In this document: piece after piece, positions 36,649 through 47,275 of the stretch
How positions within the stretch are numbered: position 1 is the stretch's first letter
Layout of the letters: the number at the start of each line of letters is the position of its first letter
DNA from: Candidatus Limnocylindrus sp.
GTDB taxonomy: Bacteria; Chloroflexota; Limnocylindria; Limnocylindrales; Limnocylindraceae
Direction: 5' to 3'
NCBI GenBank assembly: GCA_040397255.1
Contig: JBBAWJ010000003.1
Span: 1-50,006, forward strand
DNA length: 50,006 nt
Position numbers and translations under genes: made by a program
The notes under the pieces: model-generated
Database searches by the model: none
What the model saw: only the letters and a program-made list of their open reading frames with translations
Told to the model about the DNA's origin: nothing

Positions 36649-37050
36649 CTAGACTCGGCGCTTCTTTGGAGGACGGCAGCCGTTGTGTGGCAGCGGCGTC
36701 ACATCGGTAATTGCAGTGATGTCGAGGCCCGCTGTCTGTAAGCCACGGATTGCCTGCTCGCGTCCGGCGCCTGGACCCTTCACGAAGACGGCCACGGAGC
36801 GAAGTCCGTGCTCCATCGCCTTGCGTGCGGCCGACTCAGCTCCGAGCGATGCGGCGTACGGGGTGCTCTTGCGTGAGCCCTTGAAGCCAGCGACGCCACC
36901 CGAGCCCCACGAAAGCACCGCGCCCGTTAGGTCGGTGATTGATACGAGGGTGTTGTTGAACGACGCGGCGATGTGCACATGCCCGACTGGCACGTTCTTC
37001 TTCTCGCGACGTCGAGTCTTCGGTGCGCGCTTCTTCTTCTCTTCAGCCAT
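36649..37050 (-). CDS. rpsK: 30S ribosomal protein S11
   Basis: [15 protein letters not shown] and [18 protein letters not shown]. Confidence 0.97.
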   Translation of the reverse strand: MAEEKKKRAPKTRRREKKNVPVGHVHIAASFNNTLVSITDLTGAVLSWGSGGVAGFKGSRKSTPYAASLGAESAARKAMEHGLRSVAVFVKGPGAGREQAIRGLQTAGLDITAITDVTPLPHNGCRPPKKRRV

Positions 37051-37058
37051 CTCTCTGC

Positions 37059-37436
37059 CTACTTCTTCTCAATCTTCTTGCCGGCGACGGTCTTGCGTGC
37101 GCCACGGCGCTGTCGTGCGTTGGTCTTCGTGCGCTGACCGCGCGACGGGAGGTTCTTGCGATGTCGGGTGCCACGGTAGGTGCCAACCTCGATCAGTCGC
37201 TTGATGTTCATGGCAATCTCGCGGCGAAGGTCGCCCTCGACCTTGCGACCCTTGTCGACGACTTCACGAAGTCGGTTGACCTGGTCTTCGGTGAGATCGC
37301 GCACGCGCGTGTCGGGATTAATGGAGGTCTGCGCCAAGATCTTCTGGCTGGTGGTCAGGCCAACGCCGAAGATGTAGGTAAGGGCGATCTCAACGCGCTT
37401 CTCGCGCGGAATATCGACCCCTGCAATACGAGCCAT
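37059..37436 (-). CDS. rpsM: 30S ribosomal protein S13
   Basis: [17 protein letters not shown] and [10 protein letters not shown]. Confidence 0.97.
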   Translation of the reverse strand: MARIAGVDIPREKRVEIALTYIFGVGLTTSQKILAQTSINPDTRVRDLTEDQVNRLREVVDKGRKVEGDLRREIAMNIKRLIEVGTYRGTRHRKNLPSRGQRTKTNARQRRGARKTVAGKKIEKK

Positions 37437-37439
37437 CAG

Positions 37440-37553
37440 CTAACCCTGTCGCTGCTTGTGCTTCGGGTTTTCGCAAATGACCATGACCCGGCCGTGCCGC
37501 TTAATCACGAGGCACTTGTCGCAACGAACCTTGACCGACGCAGATACTTTCAC
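37440..37553 (-). CDS. rpmJ: 50S ribosomal protein L36 (Zn type)
   Basis: Manual translation (below ORF-track cutoff): [37 protein letters not shown]; SD AGGAG, GTG start. Confidence 0.96.
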   Translation of the reverse strand: MKVSASVKVRCDKCLVIKRHGRVMVICENPKHKQRQG

Positions 37554-37590
37554 TCGTTCTCCTGCTGTGAGCGGCGCACCGCTCGTGCTG

Positions 37591-37812
37591 CTACTTCAAC
37601 CGGTAGGTGATCCGACCCTGGGTCAGATCGTATGGCGAGAGTTCGACCTTCACCCGATCACCTGGAAGGATCCGGATGAAATTCGTCCGAAGCTTTCCAC
37701 TGATGTAGGCGCGGATCCGGTGGCCATTTTCAAGCTCGATCACGAACGATGTGTTCGGTAGCGGCTCAACTACGGTCCCCTCGACCTCGATCGAATCTTT
37801 CTTCGCCAACAA
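37591..37812 (-). CDS. infA: Translation initiation factor IF-1
   Basis: [25 protein letters not shown] and [13 protein letters not shown]; TTG start. Confidence 0.97.
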   Translation of the reverse strand: MLAKKDSIEVEGTVVEPLPNTSFVIELENGHRIRAYISGKLRTNFIRILPGDRVKVELSPYDLTQGRITYRLK

Positions 37813-37899
37813 ACCCCCGATCAGAACGCGTTACTGGGTCTCGGAAGACCGAGACGGCGCGCTACGGAGTCCGCAGACGCGCGAAGGGAGAGAGTAGCA
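37813..37899 (-). promoter_or_regulatory. Internal promoter and structured 5' leader of the infA-alpha operon
   Basis: TGcTACTCT (37891-37899) followed by hairpins, including perfect GTCTCGG-TCTT-CCGAGAC (37838-37855). Confidence 0.55.
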
Positions 37900-37930
37900 G
37901 AGCCCCACGATCCACGCACGAAAGGGGCGT

Positions 37931-38686
37931 TCATGACCCCCTAGTGAGGATGGTGGAGCCCCCCGCCACGATGGCGATGCTCTCCTCCCAATGAGCCGCT
38001 AGGCTCCCGTCAATTGTTACAACTGTCCACTCGTCCTCCATCACCCCAACCTCAGGTGACCCGAGGGTGAGCATCGGCTCGATCGCCAGGCAGTGCCCCT
38101 CCGCCAGGGTCAGACTCTTGCGGCCGGTGCGGTAGTTGGGCACCTGTGGGGCCTCATGCATGGCACGGCCGATGCCGTGGCCGACGTAGGGGCGCACGAT
38201 CCCATACCCCGCGCGCAGGGCGACATCCTCAATTGCGCCAGAGATCTCTTCGATGGTGGCCCCCGGGCGGGCGGCAGCGATGCCGGCATCCAGCGCCTCG
38301 CGGGTCACCGCCACCAGGCGCTTCGCCTCTGGGGACCCCTCGCCGACCACGAAGCTGCGGGCCCCGTCGGCATGCCAGCCGTCCCAAATGGCACCCGCGT
38401 CAATGGATACGAGCGCCCCCTCTTTGATCTCACGATCGCCGGGGATGCCATGCACCACCTCGCTATCGAGCGAGATGCAGATGACGGATGGGAAGCCGTG
38501 ATAGCCCTTGAAATTGGAGGCTGCGCCGTGGCGTTCAATGCAGCGCTCGGCGATCGCGTTCAGCTCGGCGGTGCTCGCCCCTGGAACCGCCGCCTCCTGT
38601 ACGAGCTCATGAATTTCGGCAACGATGGCGCCGGCACGTCGCATCAGCGCGATCTCGGCTGGGCTCTTGCGGGTGATTGCCCCCAT
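37931..38686 (-). CDS. map: Methionine aminopeptidase type I
   Basis: VVHGIP, IDAG..HAD, GHGIG..HE.P, AIEPM motifs. Confidence 0.96.
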   Translation of the reverse strand: MGAITRKSPAEIALMRRAGAIVAEIHELVQEAAVPGASTAELNAIAERCIERHGAASNFKGYHGFPSVICISLDSEVVHGIPGDREIKEGALVSIDAGAIWDGWHADGARSFVVGEGSPEAKRLVAVTREALDAGIAAARPGATIEEISGAIEDVALRAGYGIVRPYVGHGIGRAMHEAPQVPNYRTGRKSLTLAEGHCLAIEPMLTLGSPEVGVMEDEWTVVTIDGSLAAHWEESIAIVAGGSTILTRGS

Positions 38687-38688
38687 CG

Positions 38689-39345
38689 CTAGGCCGTCAG
38701 CCCAGCGGCAGCGGCGGCCGCCGCTAGGCGACCTTGCACCTCGTCGATGGTGCCAACGCCGCTCACCTCCGTAAGGCGGCCAGTTGCGCGATACAGCTCG
38801 ACAACCGAGCCAAGGGCGGCGAGCTGATTTGCCAGTCGCGCCGCAACGGTCTCGGGGGCGTCGTCACTCCGGGTAACCAGCGCCGTGGCGCACACGTCGC
38901 ACACCCCGAGGCTCTGCGGCGGACGGCTGAGGAGGTGGTACGAGCGCCCACATGACGGGCAGACTCGGCGCGCGGTGAGGCGCTCTGCAAGGATCGCGTC
39001 GTCCACCTTCAGCAGTACGGCGCGGATCGAACGACCGCTCGCCGCGTACGCCGCATCTAATGCAGCCACCTGTGCAGGATTGCGCGGAAAGCCGTCAAGG
39101 ATGACGCGGTTCACTGCATCCCCCTTGGCGAGACGCGCTTGGATCATGTTGATGGTGACCTCGTCGGGGACCAACTGCCCTGCGTCGATGAACTGCTGTG
39201 CGGCAAGGCCGAGCGGCGAGCCAGTGGCAATTTCTGCACGGAAGAGGTCGCCAGTCGCAACGTGGGCTGCCCCCGTTGCTGCGGAGAGTGCCTCCGCCTG
39301 CGTCCCCTTCCCTGCGCCGGGGGCGCCGAGAAGGACGAGGATCAC
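38689..39345 (-). CDS. adk: Adenylate kinase (Zn-lid type)
   Basis: GAPGAGKGTQ, TGDLFR, LDGFPR and CPSCG...CDVC. Confidence 0.96.
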   Translation of the reverse strand: MILVLLGAPGAGKGTQAEALSAATGAAHVATGDLFRAEIATGSPLGLAAQQFIDAGQLVPDEVTINMIQARLAKGDAVNRVILDGFPRNPAQVAALDAAYAASGRSIRAVLLKVDDAILAERLTARRVCPSCGRSYHLLSRPPQSLGVCDVCATALVTRSDDAPETVAARLANQLAALGSVVELYRATGRLTEVSGVGTIDEVQGRLAAAAAAAGLTA

Positions 39346-40631
39346 TTAATGAAGCCCTCGTAATTTCGCATCAGCATCTGTGCCTCGAGCTGCTTCATCG
39401 TCTCCACAACAACGCTCACCGCAATCAGGAGCCCGGTACCGCCAAGGCTGACGCCGAGGCCACCGAGATCACCGAAGAGTGTGCCGAGGGCATACGGCGA
39501 GACGGCCACCAGTCCGAGGAAGAGCGACCCGAGCAGGGTGATGCGTGTGACGACCTTCCCCAGATACTCCTGCGTTGGCATCCCTGGGCGAATGCCTGGG
39601 ATGTAGCCGCCGTTCTTGCGCAGCTGGTCTGCGGTCTCATCAGGCTTGAAGGTGAAGGCTGTGTAGAAGTAGGTGAACGCCACCGTGAGGATGAAGTAGA
39701 ACGGAAGATAGACAAGCTCGTTCTGTGGCCCGAGTGTGTCCACGATCCACTGCGCGCCACCCTTCACCCACTCAACCTCTGAGGCGGTGAAGTAGCCGGC
39801 GATCTGCGCTGGGAAGAGCAGGATGCTCATCGAGAAGATGATCGGGATCACGCCGGCCTGATTGACCTTTAGCGGCAGGAAGGTGCGGCCACCCTGATAG
39901 ACGCGATTGCCACGGACGCGGCTCGCATACTCGACCGGAATGCGTCGCTGCCCCTCGGTAATCAGGATGATCGCGGCAACGGCGGCAGCGCCGACGACAG
40001 CGAAGGCGAGCAGCACGGCGAGATCTGGCGCGCTAAGGAATTCCTGAATGGCGCCCGGCACGCGGCCGATGATGCCGGCGAAGATGATGAAGCTGATCCC
40101 GTTGCCGATGCCTCGCTCGGTGACGAGCTCGCCGATCCACATGAGTAGCAACGAACCGGTCGTGAGGATCACGATCTGTACGAGGGTCTCTGGGCTGGCC
40201 AGGTCAAAGCGCGTCTTGAGCACGTTCTGGCTGTTCAACAGCGCGAGGAAGGCGTAGCTCTGCAGCGCCGCGAGCGGCACGGTCAGGTAGCGGGTGTACT
40301 GGTTGATCTTGTTGCGGCCGTACTCACCCTCGCGGCTGAGTTCAATCAGGCGCGGCACCACGCCGCTCATCAGCTGCATGATGATGGAGGCGTTGATGTA
40401 GGGGTTCAAGCCCAAGCCGACGACGCTGAAGCGTGCGAGGCCACCACCGGAGAAGAGGTCGAGGAGGCCGAAGAGGGCGTTGTCCTTGAAGAAGTTTGAG
40501 AGGGCTGCTGGATCCGCACCAGGCACGGGAACATGGCTCAAAAGGCGGAAGACGATGAGCATCCCGGCGACGAAGAGGAGCTTGCGTCGGATCTCGGGGG
40601 TTCGGAACGCGTTCACTAGGGTGTCAATCAT
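39342..40631 (-). CDS. secY: Preprotein translocase SecY
   Basis: PYINASIIMQL, GIGNGIS, AGVIPIIF, IPGIRPG and GGTGLLIAV. Confidence 0.97.
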   Translation of the reverse strand: MIDTLVNAFRTPEIRRKLLFVAGMLIVFRLLSHVPVPGADPAALSNFFKDNALFGLLDLFSGGGLARFSVVGLGLNPYINASIIMQLMSGVVPRLIELSREGEYGRNKINQYTRYLTVPLAALQSYAFLALLNSQNVLKTRFDLASPETLVQIVILTTGSLLLMWIGELVTERGIGNGISFIIFAGIIGRVPGAIQEFLSAPDLAVLLAFAVVGAAAVAAIILITEGQRRIPVEYASRVRGNRVYQGGRTFLPLKVNQAGVIPIIFSMSILLFPAQIAGYFTASEVEWVKGGAQWIVDTLGPQNELVYLPFYFILTVAFTYFYTAFTFKPDETADQLRKNGGYIPGIRPGMPTQEYLGKVVTRITLLGSLFLGLVAVSPYALGTLFGDLGGLGVSLGGTGLLIAVSVVVETMKQLEAQMLMRNYEGFIK

Positions 40632-40653
40632 CGTTCGTCTCCTTCCCCGCTAT

Positions 40654-40676
40654 ACGTAGGCGCAATGTGCCTACGT
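40654..40676 (-). other. Intercistronic stem-loop between rplO and secY
   Basis: ACGTAGGC...GCCTACGT perfect 8-bp arms; no U-tract. Confidence 0.5.
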
Positions 40677-40687
40677 GCGACCTAACC

Positions 40688-41281
40688 TTAGGCGTCTGCG
40701 CCGTCGGCCTGTGCGGCCTTGGTGGCACGCTTTGCTGGGGCCCTCTTCCCTGGTGTCGGAGCGTTCTTCCCCGCCTTGACCCCGACTGGGGCGGCTGAGG
40801 CTGGGGTGGCGATCTCATAGACGGTGATATCACCACCAGCAGCCCTGATCTTGGCCACGGCACTATCGGTGAACGCGTTGGCGGCAAAGAGGATCTTGGT
40901 CGAAATCTCACCAGTGCCGAGCACCTTCAACGGCTTCCCTCGAGTCTTGAGGAGGCCCGCTGCGGCAAGGATGTCGGCGTTCACGCTGAGCGGGCTCTCA
41001 CCCTTCAGGCGGCCCGCGTCGATCCACTGCTGAATGCGGCCAACATTGACGACCGCGACTTCAACGCGCAGAACATTGCGGAAGCCGCGAAGCTTTGGAA
41101 TGCGGCGATGGATTGGCGTCTGACCACCTTCGAACCACGCTGGGATGCTCCCACCGCTTCGCGAGGTCTGGCCCTTCGTACCGTAACCGGCAGTCTTACC
41201 GCGTCCAGCGGCAATACCGCGGCCGACACGAATACGCTTCTTCTTTGACCCTGGTGCTGGCTGCAGATCATGGAGCTTCAC
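40688..41281 (-). CDS. rplO: 50S ribosomal protein L15 with a Lys/Ala/Pro tail
   Basis: RVGRG..GRGKTAG and FEGGQTP..RRIPK. Confidence 0.96.
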   Translation of the reverse strand: MKLHDLQPAPGSKKKRIRVGRGIAAGRGKTAGYGTKGQTSRSGGSIPAWFEGGQTPIHRRIPKLRGFRNVLRVEVAVVNVGRIQQWIDAGRLKGESPLSVNADILAAAGLLKTRGKPLKVLGTGEISTKILFAANAFTDSAVAKIRAAGGDITVYEIATPASAAPVGVKAGKNAPTPGKRAPAKRATKAAQADGADA

Positions 41282-41562
41282 TTGGTCACCTTCGCCTTCT
41301 TCACCTTGGCAGGCTTCTTCGCCTTCTGTGCCTTCTTCGTTGCGACTGCAGTCGCCGCGGTCGCAGCCTCGTCACCGGTCAACTCATCGACCGAGACGAG
41401 GAAGTTCACCTGGCGCACCATGCCGCGAACGGCTGGATTGTCAGGGAGCAGGTTGGTATCACCGATGCGGTCGAGGCCGAGCGCACGAATCGTGCCGCGG
41501 TTTCGCGCAACATGCCCGAGCTCACTCTTGACCTGGGTGACCTTGATGTACTTCTCAGCCAT
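41278..41562 (-). CDS. rpmD: 50S ribosomal protein L30 with a Lys/Ala tail
   Basis: KVTQVKS, TIRALGL and PAVRGMV; start reassigned to ATG 41562. Confidence 0.93.
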   Translation of the reverse strand: MAEKYIKVTQVKSELGHVARNRGTIRALGLDRIGDTNLLPDNPAVRGMVRQVNFLVSVDELTGDEAATAATAVATKKAQKAKKPAKVKKAKVTK

Positions 41563-42088
41563 GGTGCACCTCTGGCGTTGACTCTTGGCCGCCGACGCGG
41601 ATGCGGACGCGCTTGCCACGTGCGGCTGAGATCTGCTCAGCGGTGCGCAGCTGCGAGAGCGCCTCGATCGCGGCGCGGGTTGCGTTCACGGGATTTGACG
41701 AGCCGTAGACCTTGGAGAGAATGTCGTGGATGCCCGCAGCGGTGATAATCGCGCGAATTGCGCCGCCGGCGATCACGCCAGTTCCCTGTGAGGCTGGCTT
41801 CAGCATCACGCGGCTGGCGGAGTGCTCGGCCGACACCTCGTGCGGAATCGTGGTGCCAAGGAACGGCACGCGGATGAGGTTCTTCTTCGCGTCTTCGGTC
41901 CCCTTACGGATTGACTCCGGCACTTCGCCGGCCTTGCCGATGCCCACGCCAACGTGACCCTGGCCATCGCCAACGACGACGAGCGCAGAGAAGGTAAAGC
42001 GTCGTCCGCCCTTAACTACCTTCGCTACGCGATTGATCTGCACGACCTTCTCCGCGAGGGTCAGCTTCGACGCGTCAATTCTCGCCAT
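41555..42088 (-). CDS. rpsE: 30S ribosomal protein S5
   Basis: [22 protein letters not shown] and GTGVIAGG. Confidence 0.97.
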   Translation of the reverse strand: MARIDASKLTLAEKVVQINRVAKVVKGGRRFTFSALVVVGDGQGHVGVGIGKAGEVPESIRKGTEDAKKNLIRVPFLGTTIPHEVSAEHSASRVMLKPASQGTGVIAGGAIRAIITAAGIHDILSKVYGSSNPVNATRAAIEALSQLRTAEQISAARGKRVRIRVGGQESTPEVHHG

Positions 42089-42100
42089 CTCAGTGCCCTC

Positions 42101-42466
42101 CTAGAACTCAAGCCCGGCAGCCCGGGCAGCGTCTGCGAGCGCCTTCAGGCGCCCATGATATTTAAATCCAGCGCGGTCGAAGACAACCTTCGCCACTCCA
42201 GCGGTCTTTGCTCGCTCAGCAATGAGGGTTCCAACTTCGGCAGCCTCCTGCACCTTCGTGCGCTTGGCGTCGCCCTTCACCGTTGCGTCGAGGGTAGAGG
42301 CCGCCGCCAGGGTCTTCCCGGTTGCGTCATCAATCACCTGCGCGTAGATGTGGTTCAGGCTGCGGAAGATCGCGAGTCGCGGTCGTGCAGCTGAGCCCTC
42401 AATGGTCAGTCGAATTCCAAAGTGGCGGCGCTTACGCGACGCGACGCGTGTCGTTACGCGGCTCAC
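42101..42466 (-). CDS. rplR: 50S ribosomal protein L18
   Basis: [18 protein letters not shown] and [11 protein letters not shown]. Confidence 0.97.
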   Translation of the reverse strand: MSRVTTRVASRKRRHFGIRLTIEGSAARPRLAIFRSLNHIYAQVIDDATGKTLAAASTLDATVKGDAKRTKVQEAAEVGTLIAERAKTAGVAKVVFDRAGFKYHGRLKALADAARAAGLEF

Positions 42467-43011
42467 TTGGCACCGACCTTTCCGGCCTTACCGGCCTTGC
42501 GGCGGATGACCTCGTCGACGTACTTGATGCCCTTCCCCTTGTATGGCTCGGGCTTGCGAAGCGAGCGGATCTCTGCGGCGATCTGGCCGACGAGCTCCTT
42601 GTTTGCGCCGAGAACGGCAACCTTCGTCTGGCCGTCCACTTCGAAGGTAATCCCGGCCGGTGGGTTGATCTCAATTGGGTGGCTGTAGCCAAGGGCAAGT
42701 GTCAACTTGTTCCCCGCCTTCGCGGCGCGATAGCCGACGCCGTTGATCTCGAGATCGGTGCGGAAGCCGGTCGCAACACCCTCGACCATATTGGCGATGA
42801 GGGTGCGGCAGAGGCCGTGCATCGCGCGGTTGGTCTTGCTGTCATCGGGACGCGCCACGGTAATCACATCCGCCTCGAGGGTGAAGGTGATTGCGCCAGG
42901 GATCTCACGCGAGAGGGTCCCCTTCGGCCCGGTGGTCGAAACGGTTCGACCCTCAATGGTGACCTTCACCCCTGCTGGTACGGCGATGGGCTTGCGTCCG
43001 ATTCGTGACAT
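42463..43011 (-). CDS. rplF: 50S ribosomal protein L6
   Basis: MSRIG, GVGYRA, LGYSHP and PEPYKGKGI. Confidence 0.97.
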   Translation of the reverse strand: MSRIGRKPIAVPAGVKVTIEGRTVSTTGPKGTLSREIPGAITFTLEADVITVARPDDSKTNRAMHGLCRTLIANMVEGVATGFRTDLEINGVGYRAAKAGNKLTLALGYSHPIEINPPAGITFEVDGQTKVAVLGANKELVGQIAAEIRSLRKPEPYKGKGIKYVDEVIRRKAGKAGKVGAK

Positions 43012-43023
43012 CAGTCCCCTCCT

Positions 43024-43422
43024 CTACCAGACGTAGGCGAGGATCTCGCCGCCGAGCTGGGCCTTGTGGGCCTGCGCTCCGGTCATGATCCCCTTTGATG
43101 TGCTCAGGATGACAACACCGAGGCCGCCGAGCACGCGCGGAATCTCTGTCTTACCAGCATAGACCCTTAGCCCAGGCTTGCTGATGCGCTTGAGGCCTGA
43201 GACGACCGGCACCTTGCCATCGACGTACTTCAGGGTGACTTGGAGGTAGTTCTCAGGGCCCTTCTTGGTCTCCACGAAGGAGGCGACGAACCCCTCATCC
43301 ACAAGGATGCGGGCCATCTGAAGCTTCAGCTTGGAGGCTGGAACGAGCACCTCAGCATGCCGGGCGCGCGACGCGTTCCGGATGCGAGTGAGCATGTCTG
43401 CAATTGGATCAGTGACGTTCAT
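43024..43422 (-). CDS. rpsH: 30S ribosomal protein S8
   Basis: [22 protein letters not shown] and STSKG. Confidence 0.97.
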   Translation of the reverse strand: MNVTDPIADMLTRIRNASRARHAEVLVPASKLKLQMARILVDEGFVASFVETKKGPENYLQVTLKYVDGKVPVVSGLKRISKPGLRVYAGKTEIPRVLGGLGVVILSTSKGIMTGAQAHKAQLGGEILAYVW

Positions 43423-43426
43423 ATTC

Positions 43427-43612
43427 TCACCAACTCGACTTCGTGACGCCCGGGATCATTCCGACCAGGGCACGCTCTCGGAAACAGATTCGGCAGAGGC
43501 CGAATCGACGGATGAATGCACGTGGGCGCCCACAGAGGGCGCAACGGCTGTACTTCCGCGTAGAAAACTTTGCCGGCGCTGCCGACTTTAGTACCAACGA
43601 CTTCTTCGCCAT
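43427..43612 (-). CDS. rpsN: 30S ribosomal protein S14 type Z (61 aa)
   Basis: MAKKS...RCALCGRPR...LCRICFRE...PGVTKSSW; start ATG 43612. Confidence 0.96.
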   Translation of the reverse strand: MAKKSLVLKSAAPAKFSTRKYSRCALCGRPRAFIRRFGLCRICFRERALVGMIPGVTKSSW

Positions 43613-43622
43613 CTCAGCCCCC

Positions 43623-44162
43623 TCAGTTCGCGAACGGCATGCCGAGCAAAGAGAGGAGCTTCTTAGACTCCTCATCGCTCTTCGCCGTCGTTACGATTGT
43701 GACCTCGAGACCTCGAAGTCGGTCGATCTTGTCGAACTCCACCTCAGGGAAGGAGAGCTGCTCCTTCATGCCCAGGGTGTAGTTGCCACGGCCATCAAAT
43801 GATTTGCCCGACACGCCGCGGAAGTCGCGGATGCGTGGCAGGGCGACGCGGGTGAGTCGCTCAAGGAAGTCCCACATGCGCTCGCCACGCAGGGTGACCT
43901 TCGCGCCGATTGGGTTCCCCTCGCGGACCTTGAAGGTCGCGATGGACTTCTTCGCCTTGGTGACGATCGCGCGCTGGCCGGTGATCAGGGCGAGATCGCC
44001 CACGGCCGCATCGATGGCCTTGGCGTTCGTCAGTGCCTCGCCGAGGCCAATGTTGACCACGATCTTCTGGAGGCGTGGCACCTGCATCGCGTTCGTGTAG
44101 CCGAACTCGCTCTTCAGGGCCGGAATCACTTCAGTCGTATAGCGCTGCTTCAGCTGGCTCAC
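43623..44162 (-). CDS. rplE: 50S ribosomal protein L5
   Basis: [26 protein letters not shown] and FDGRGNY; GTG start overlapping the rplX stop. Confidence 0.97.
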   Translation of the reverse strand: MSQLKQRYTTEVIPALKSEFGYTNAMQVPRLQKIVVNIGLGEALTNAKAIDAAVGDLALITGQRAIVTKAKKSIATFKVREGNPIGAKVTLRGERMWDFLERLTRVALPRIRDFRGVSGKSFDGRGNYTLGMKEQLSFPEVEFDKIDRLRGLEVTIVTTAKSDEESKKLLSLLGMPFAN

Positions 44163-44539
44163 TTGGCAGCCTCCTTCTTGCCACCGATGACGGTGCCGCA
44201 GCGGCCACAGAGGCGCTGCTTCTTGCCGTCGGCGGTTCGTCCCGCCTTGAGGCGGATCGGTCGGTCGCACTTTGGGCAGACCACAGCGACCTTGGCGAGG
44301 GCGAGCGGCATGGCAATCTCAATGATGCCGCCAGGCTCAACCGTTGGCGCCTGTGAGCCGTTCGCCATCTTCTGGCGTGGCTTCTGATGCTTCTTGGCGA
44401 TGTTGAGGCCGGTCACAACAACCTTGCCTGGAGCCACGAGGCGCTCAACGCTGCCACGCTTCCCTGCATCCTTGCCGCTGAGCACCGAAACGGTGTCGCC
44501 GACTCGAATCTCTGTGGTCGTCTCATAAACCGAACGCAT
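44159..44539 (-). CDS. rplX: 50S ribosomal protein L24
   Basis: [21 protein letters not shown], and C-terminal CPKC...CGRC. Confidence 0.95.
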   Translation of the reverse strand: MRSVYETTTEIRVGDTVSVLSGKDAGKRGSVERLVAPGKVVVTGLNIAKKHQKPRQKMANGSQAPTVEPGGIIEIAMPLALAKVAVVCPKCDRPIRLKAGRTADGKKQRLCGRCGTVIGGKKEAAK

Positions 44540-44907
44540 TAGAGCACCTCCGGCGCGAGCGAGATGATCTTCATGTAGTCCCGATCGCGCAGCTCGCGCG
44601 CGACTGGCCCGAAGATGCGGGTGCCTCGTGGGTTGCCGTCAGCGGCGATCAGCACGGCGGCGTTCTCGTCGAAGCGGATCACGCTGCCATCAGGCCGCGA
44701 GATCTCCTTAACGGTGCGCACGACGACTGCCTTCACGACATCGCCCTTCTTGACGCCAGCGTTTGGTGTCGCCTGCTTCACTGCAGCGACGATCACATCG
44801 CCAACGTAGGCGGTGGTTGCCCGGCCGCGACCGAGGATGCGGAAGCACTCAATGACCTTTGCGCCAGAGTTGTCGGCGACGCGGAGGCGGGTACCAGTCT
44901 GAATCAC
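44539..44907 (-). CDS. rplN: 50S ribosomal protein L14
   Basis: [16 protein letters not shown] and [12 protein letters not shown]. Confidence 0.97.
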   Translation of the reverse strand: MIQTGTRLRVADNSGAKVIECFRILGRGRATTAYVGDVIVAAVKQATPNAGVKKGDVVKAVVVRTVKEISRPDGSVIRFDENAAVLIAADGNPRGTRIFGPVARELRDRDYMKIISLAPEVL

Positions 44908-45185
44908 AGTGCCCCCTCCTGTGACTCGCCGCGCTTGACAACCTTGACGAGCGTCCAGCGCTTGCGGGCGCTGAGTGGTCGGGACTCTTCAACGGTGACG
45001 AGGTCGCCGATCTTGGCGTCGTTGAGTTCGTCATGTGCCATGAATCGAGCGGTGCGGCGAATGACGCGCTTGTAGACAGGGTGCTGCGCGAGGCGCTCCA
45101 CAGAGATCACGATCGTCTTGTCACCCTTATCGCTGACAACACGGCCGGACTGTGTCTTGCGCTTTCCTAGATGCTGCTCGTTCAT
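44904..45185 (-). CDS. rpsQ: 30S ribosomal protein S17
   Basis: GRVVSDK, HPVYK, AHDE and [11 protein letters not shown]. Confidence 0.97.
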   Translation of the reverse strand: MNEQHLGKRKTQSGRVVSDKGDKTIVISVERLAQHPVYKRVIRRTARFMAHDELNDAKIGDLVTVEESRPLSARKRWTLVKVVKRGESQEGAL

Positions 45186-45193
45186 AACTCCCC

Positions 45194-45397
45194 CTATGCC
45201 TTCTGTGCGGCCTGGCGCTCGGCCAGGACCATCAGCAGGCGCGCGATGGTCTTGCGCGTCTTGTTTACGACACTCGTGTCTTTCAGCTGGCGGGTCGACA
45301 GCTCAAACCGAGCCTGCCAAAGGTCGCGCTTCGCGTCAGCGATGGCCTGGACCAACTCAGCATCAGTCATGTTGCGGACCTGGGCGATCTCAATCAT
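45194..45397 (-). CDS. rpmC: 50S ribosomal protein L29
   Basis: Position and size; RF...QL...RKTIARL. Confidence 0.93.
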   Translation of the reverse strand: MIEIAQVRNMTDAELVQAIADAKRDLWQARFELSTRQLKDTSVVNKTRKTIARLLMVLAERQAAQKA

Positions 45398-45954
45398 GCC
45401 TCGACCTCCTTGGCAGGCTTCACCGGCTTCACGAGCTCAGGCTCCTTCGGTGCAGCAGCTCCAGCGGCGGGTGCCTCTTCCGTCGTAGGTAGTCCGAGGG
45501 CCACCTTCTGCAGGAACTTCTTGCCGAAGACAACCTCGCCGAGGTCGGCCGAGCGCTCCACGATCACCGTGCTCACAGGGAGCTTCATGCTGGCGAGGCG
45601 GAAGGCCTCAACGGCCTCTGCGCGCGTAACGCCGGCCATTTCGAACAGGATGCGCCCTGGCTTCACCACGGCAACCCACTGGTCTGGGGCGCCCTTACCG
45701 GAACCCATGCGGGTTTCGGCAGGCTTCTTGGTGATCGGCTTGTCGGGAAAGATGCGGATCCAGACCTTGCCACCGCGGTTGATCTGGCGCGTCATTGCGC
45801 GGCGGGCAGCTTCGATCTGACGGGCGGTTACCCAGGCTGGCTCGGTTGTGGCAATGCCGAAGTCGCCGAAGGCCACGGTGCGGCCGGACTTAGCAGGGCC
45901 GGACATGCGGCCTCGCTGAACCTTGCGCCACTTGACTCGCTTCGGCATCAACAT
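45394..45954 (-). CDS. rplP: 50S ribosomal protein L16 with a C-terminal extension
   Basis: [19 protein letters not shown] and RIFPDKP..RMGSGKG. Confidence 0.97.
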   Translation of the reverse strand: MLMPKRVKWRKVQRGRMSGPAKSGRTVAFGDFGIATTEPAWVTARQIEAARRAMTRQINRGGKVWIRIFPDKPITKKPAETRMGSGKGAPDQWVAVVKPGRILFEMAGVTRAEAVEAFRLASMKLPVSTVIVERSADLGEVVFGKKFLQKVALGLPTTEEAPAAGAAAPKEPELVKPVKPAKEVEA

Positions 45955-45956
45955 CG

Positions 45957-46631
45957 TTATGCCCCCGATCCTGCGTTTTCAGAGAGCGGCTTCGGCTTCA
46001 GCACATCGGCCGGAGCGTCGCCACGGTAGATCCAGACCTTCACGCCAATCTGACCGAATGTGGTCGTGGCGTGGAAGACAGAGAAGTCAATATCGGCGCG
46101 AAGCGTGTGGAGCGGTAGTCGGCCGTCGCGGTCCCACTCGGTGCGACTCATCTCAGCGCCACCAAGTCGACCGGAGACCATGATCTTCACGCCCTTAGCT
46201 CCAGCCTTCATCGAACGCTGGATCCCCTGCTTGAGCGCCTTGCGGAAGGCGATGCGTCGGACCAACTGCGCGCCGATGGATGCGGCAACGAGATACGCGT
46301 CAAGGTCTGGCTGTCGGATCTCCTTGATCTCAAGCTTCACCTTGCCAGCGCTGATCTCACCGATCGCAGCGCGGAGCACTTCGACGTTTGCGCCACCCTT
46401 GCCGATCACCACACCCGGCTTGGCCGAGTGGACGGTCACGGTGACGTAGTTCAAGCCGCGCTCGATTTCAACCTTCGAGATGCTGGCCGCAGCCAACTTC
46501 ACGTCGATCAACTTGCGAATGCGCAGGTCTTCCTGGAGGAGCTTCGTGTAATCCTTGTCGGCGTACCACTGGGCAGACCACGTCTTTGTGATGCCGAGCC
46601 GGAAGCCGACTGGGTGAACCTTCTGTCCCAT
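45957..46631 (-). CDS. rpsC: 30S ribosomal protein S3
   Basis: [23 protein letters not shown] and [10 protein letters not shown]. Confidence 0.97.
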   Translation of the reverse strand: MGQKVHPVGFRLGITKTWSAQWYADKDYTKLLQEDLRIRKLIDVKLAAASISKVEIERGLNYVTVTVHSAKPGVVIGKGGANVEVLRAAIGEISAGKVKLEIKEIRQPDLDAYLVAASIGAQLVRRIAFRKALKQGIQRSMKAGAKGVKIMVSGRLGGAEMSRTEWDRDGRLPLHTLRADIDFSVFHATTTFGQIGVKVWIYRGDAPADVLKPKPLSENAGSGA

Positions 46632-46633
46632 GG

Positions 46634-46978
46634 TCAGGCCTCCTTTGCGCTTACGACGACGGTGATGTGGGTCATTGGCTTATGAATTGCAAAGGCTCGA
46701 CCCTGTGCGCGAGGTCGGAAGCGCTTCAAGGTTGGACCTTCGTCGGCACTGGCGTCAACCACGAAGAGGCGGTCGGCCGGAATGCTGTGGTTGGCCTCTG
46801 CATTTGCCGTTGCGCTCTTGAGCACCGAAGCGACATCGCGGGCCGAGGAGTGCGGCAGGAAGCGCAGGATCGCCGTGGCATCAGCCACAGACTTCCCCAT
46901 GATCGCTCGCACCACGAGCTGAGCACGGCGGGTCGAACCACGCACGTACTTCGCCGTTGCCTTCACGCGAATGCTCAC
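46634..46978 (-). CDS. rplV: 50S ribosomal protein L22
   Basis: LKSATANAE and [15 protein letters not shown]. Confidence 0.97.
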   Translation of the reverse strand: MSIRVKATAKYVRGSTRRAQLVVRAIMGKSVADATAILRFLPHSSARDVASVLKSATANAEANHSIPADRLFVVDASADEGPTLKRFRPRAQGRAFAIHKPMTHITVVVSAKEA

Positions 46979-47259
46979 GAGGCCACCGCCGTCGTGCGGT
47001 CCACGCGCTGGTGGCCCTTGAAGGTGCGCGTTGGCGAGAACTCGCCGAGGCGGTGCCCGACCATGTTCTCGGTGATGAAGACCGGCACATGCTTGCGGCC
47101 GTTGTAGACCGCCACGGTGTGGCCGATGAAGTCTGGATAGATGACCGATGCGCGCGACCAGGTCTTCACGACGCGCTTCTCATTGATCGCGTTCATTGCC
47201 TGAACGCGCGCAAGGAGCCGCTTCTCGATGAACGGAGCCTTCTTAGACGAACGTGACAT
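46975..47259 (-). CDS. rpsS: 30S ribosomal protein S19
   Basis: KTWSRAS and [13 protein letters not shown]. Confidence 0.97.
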   Translation of the reverse strand: MSRSSKKAPFIEKRLLARVQAMNAINEKRVVKTWSRASVIYPDFIGHTVAVYNGRKHVPVFITENMVGHRLGEFSPTRTFKGHQRVDRTTAVAS

Positions 47260-47275
47260 TAAGCCTCCTCCTCGA

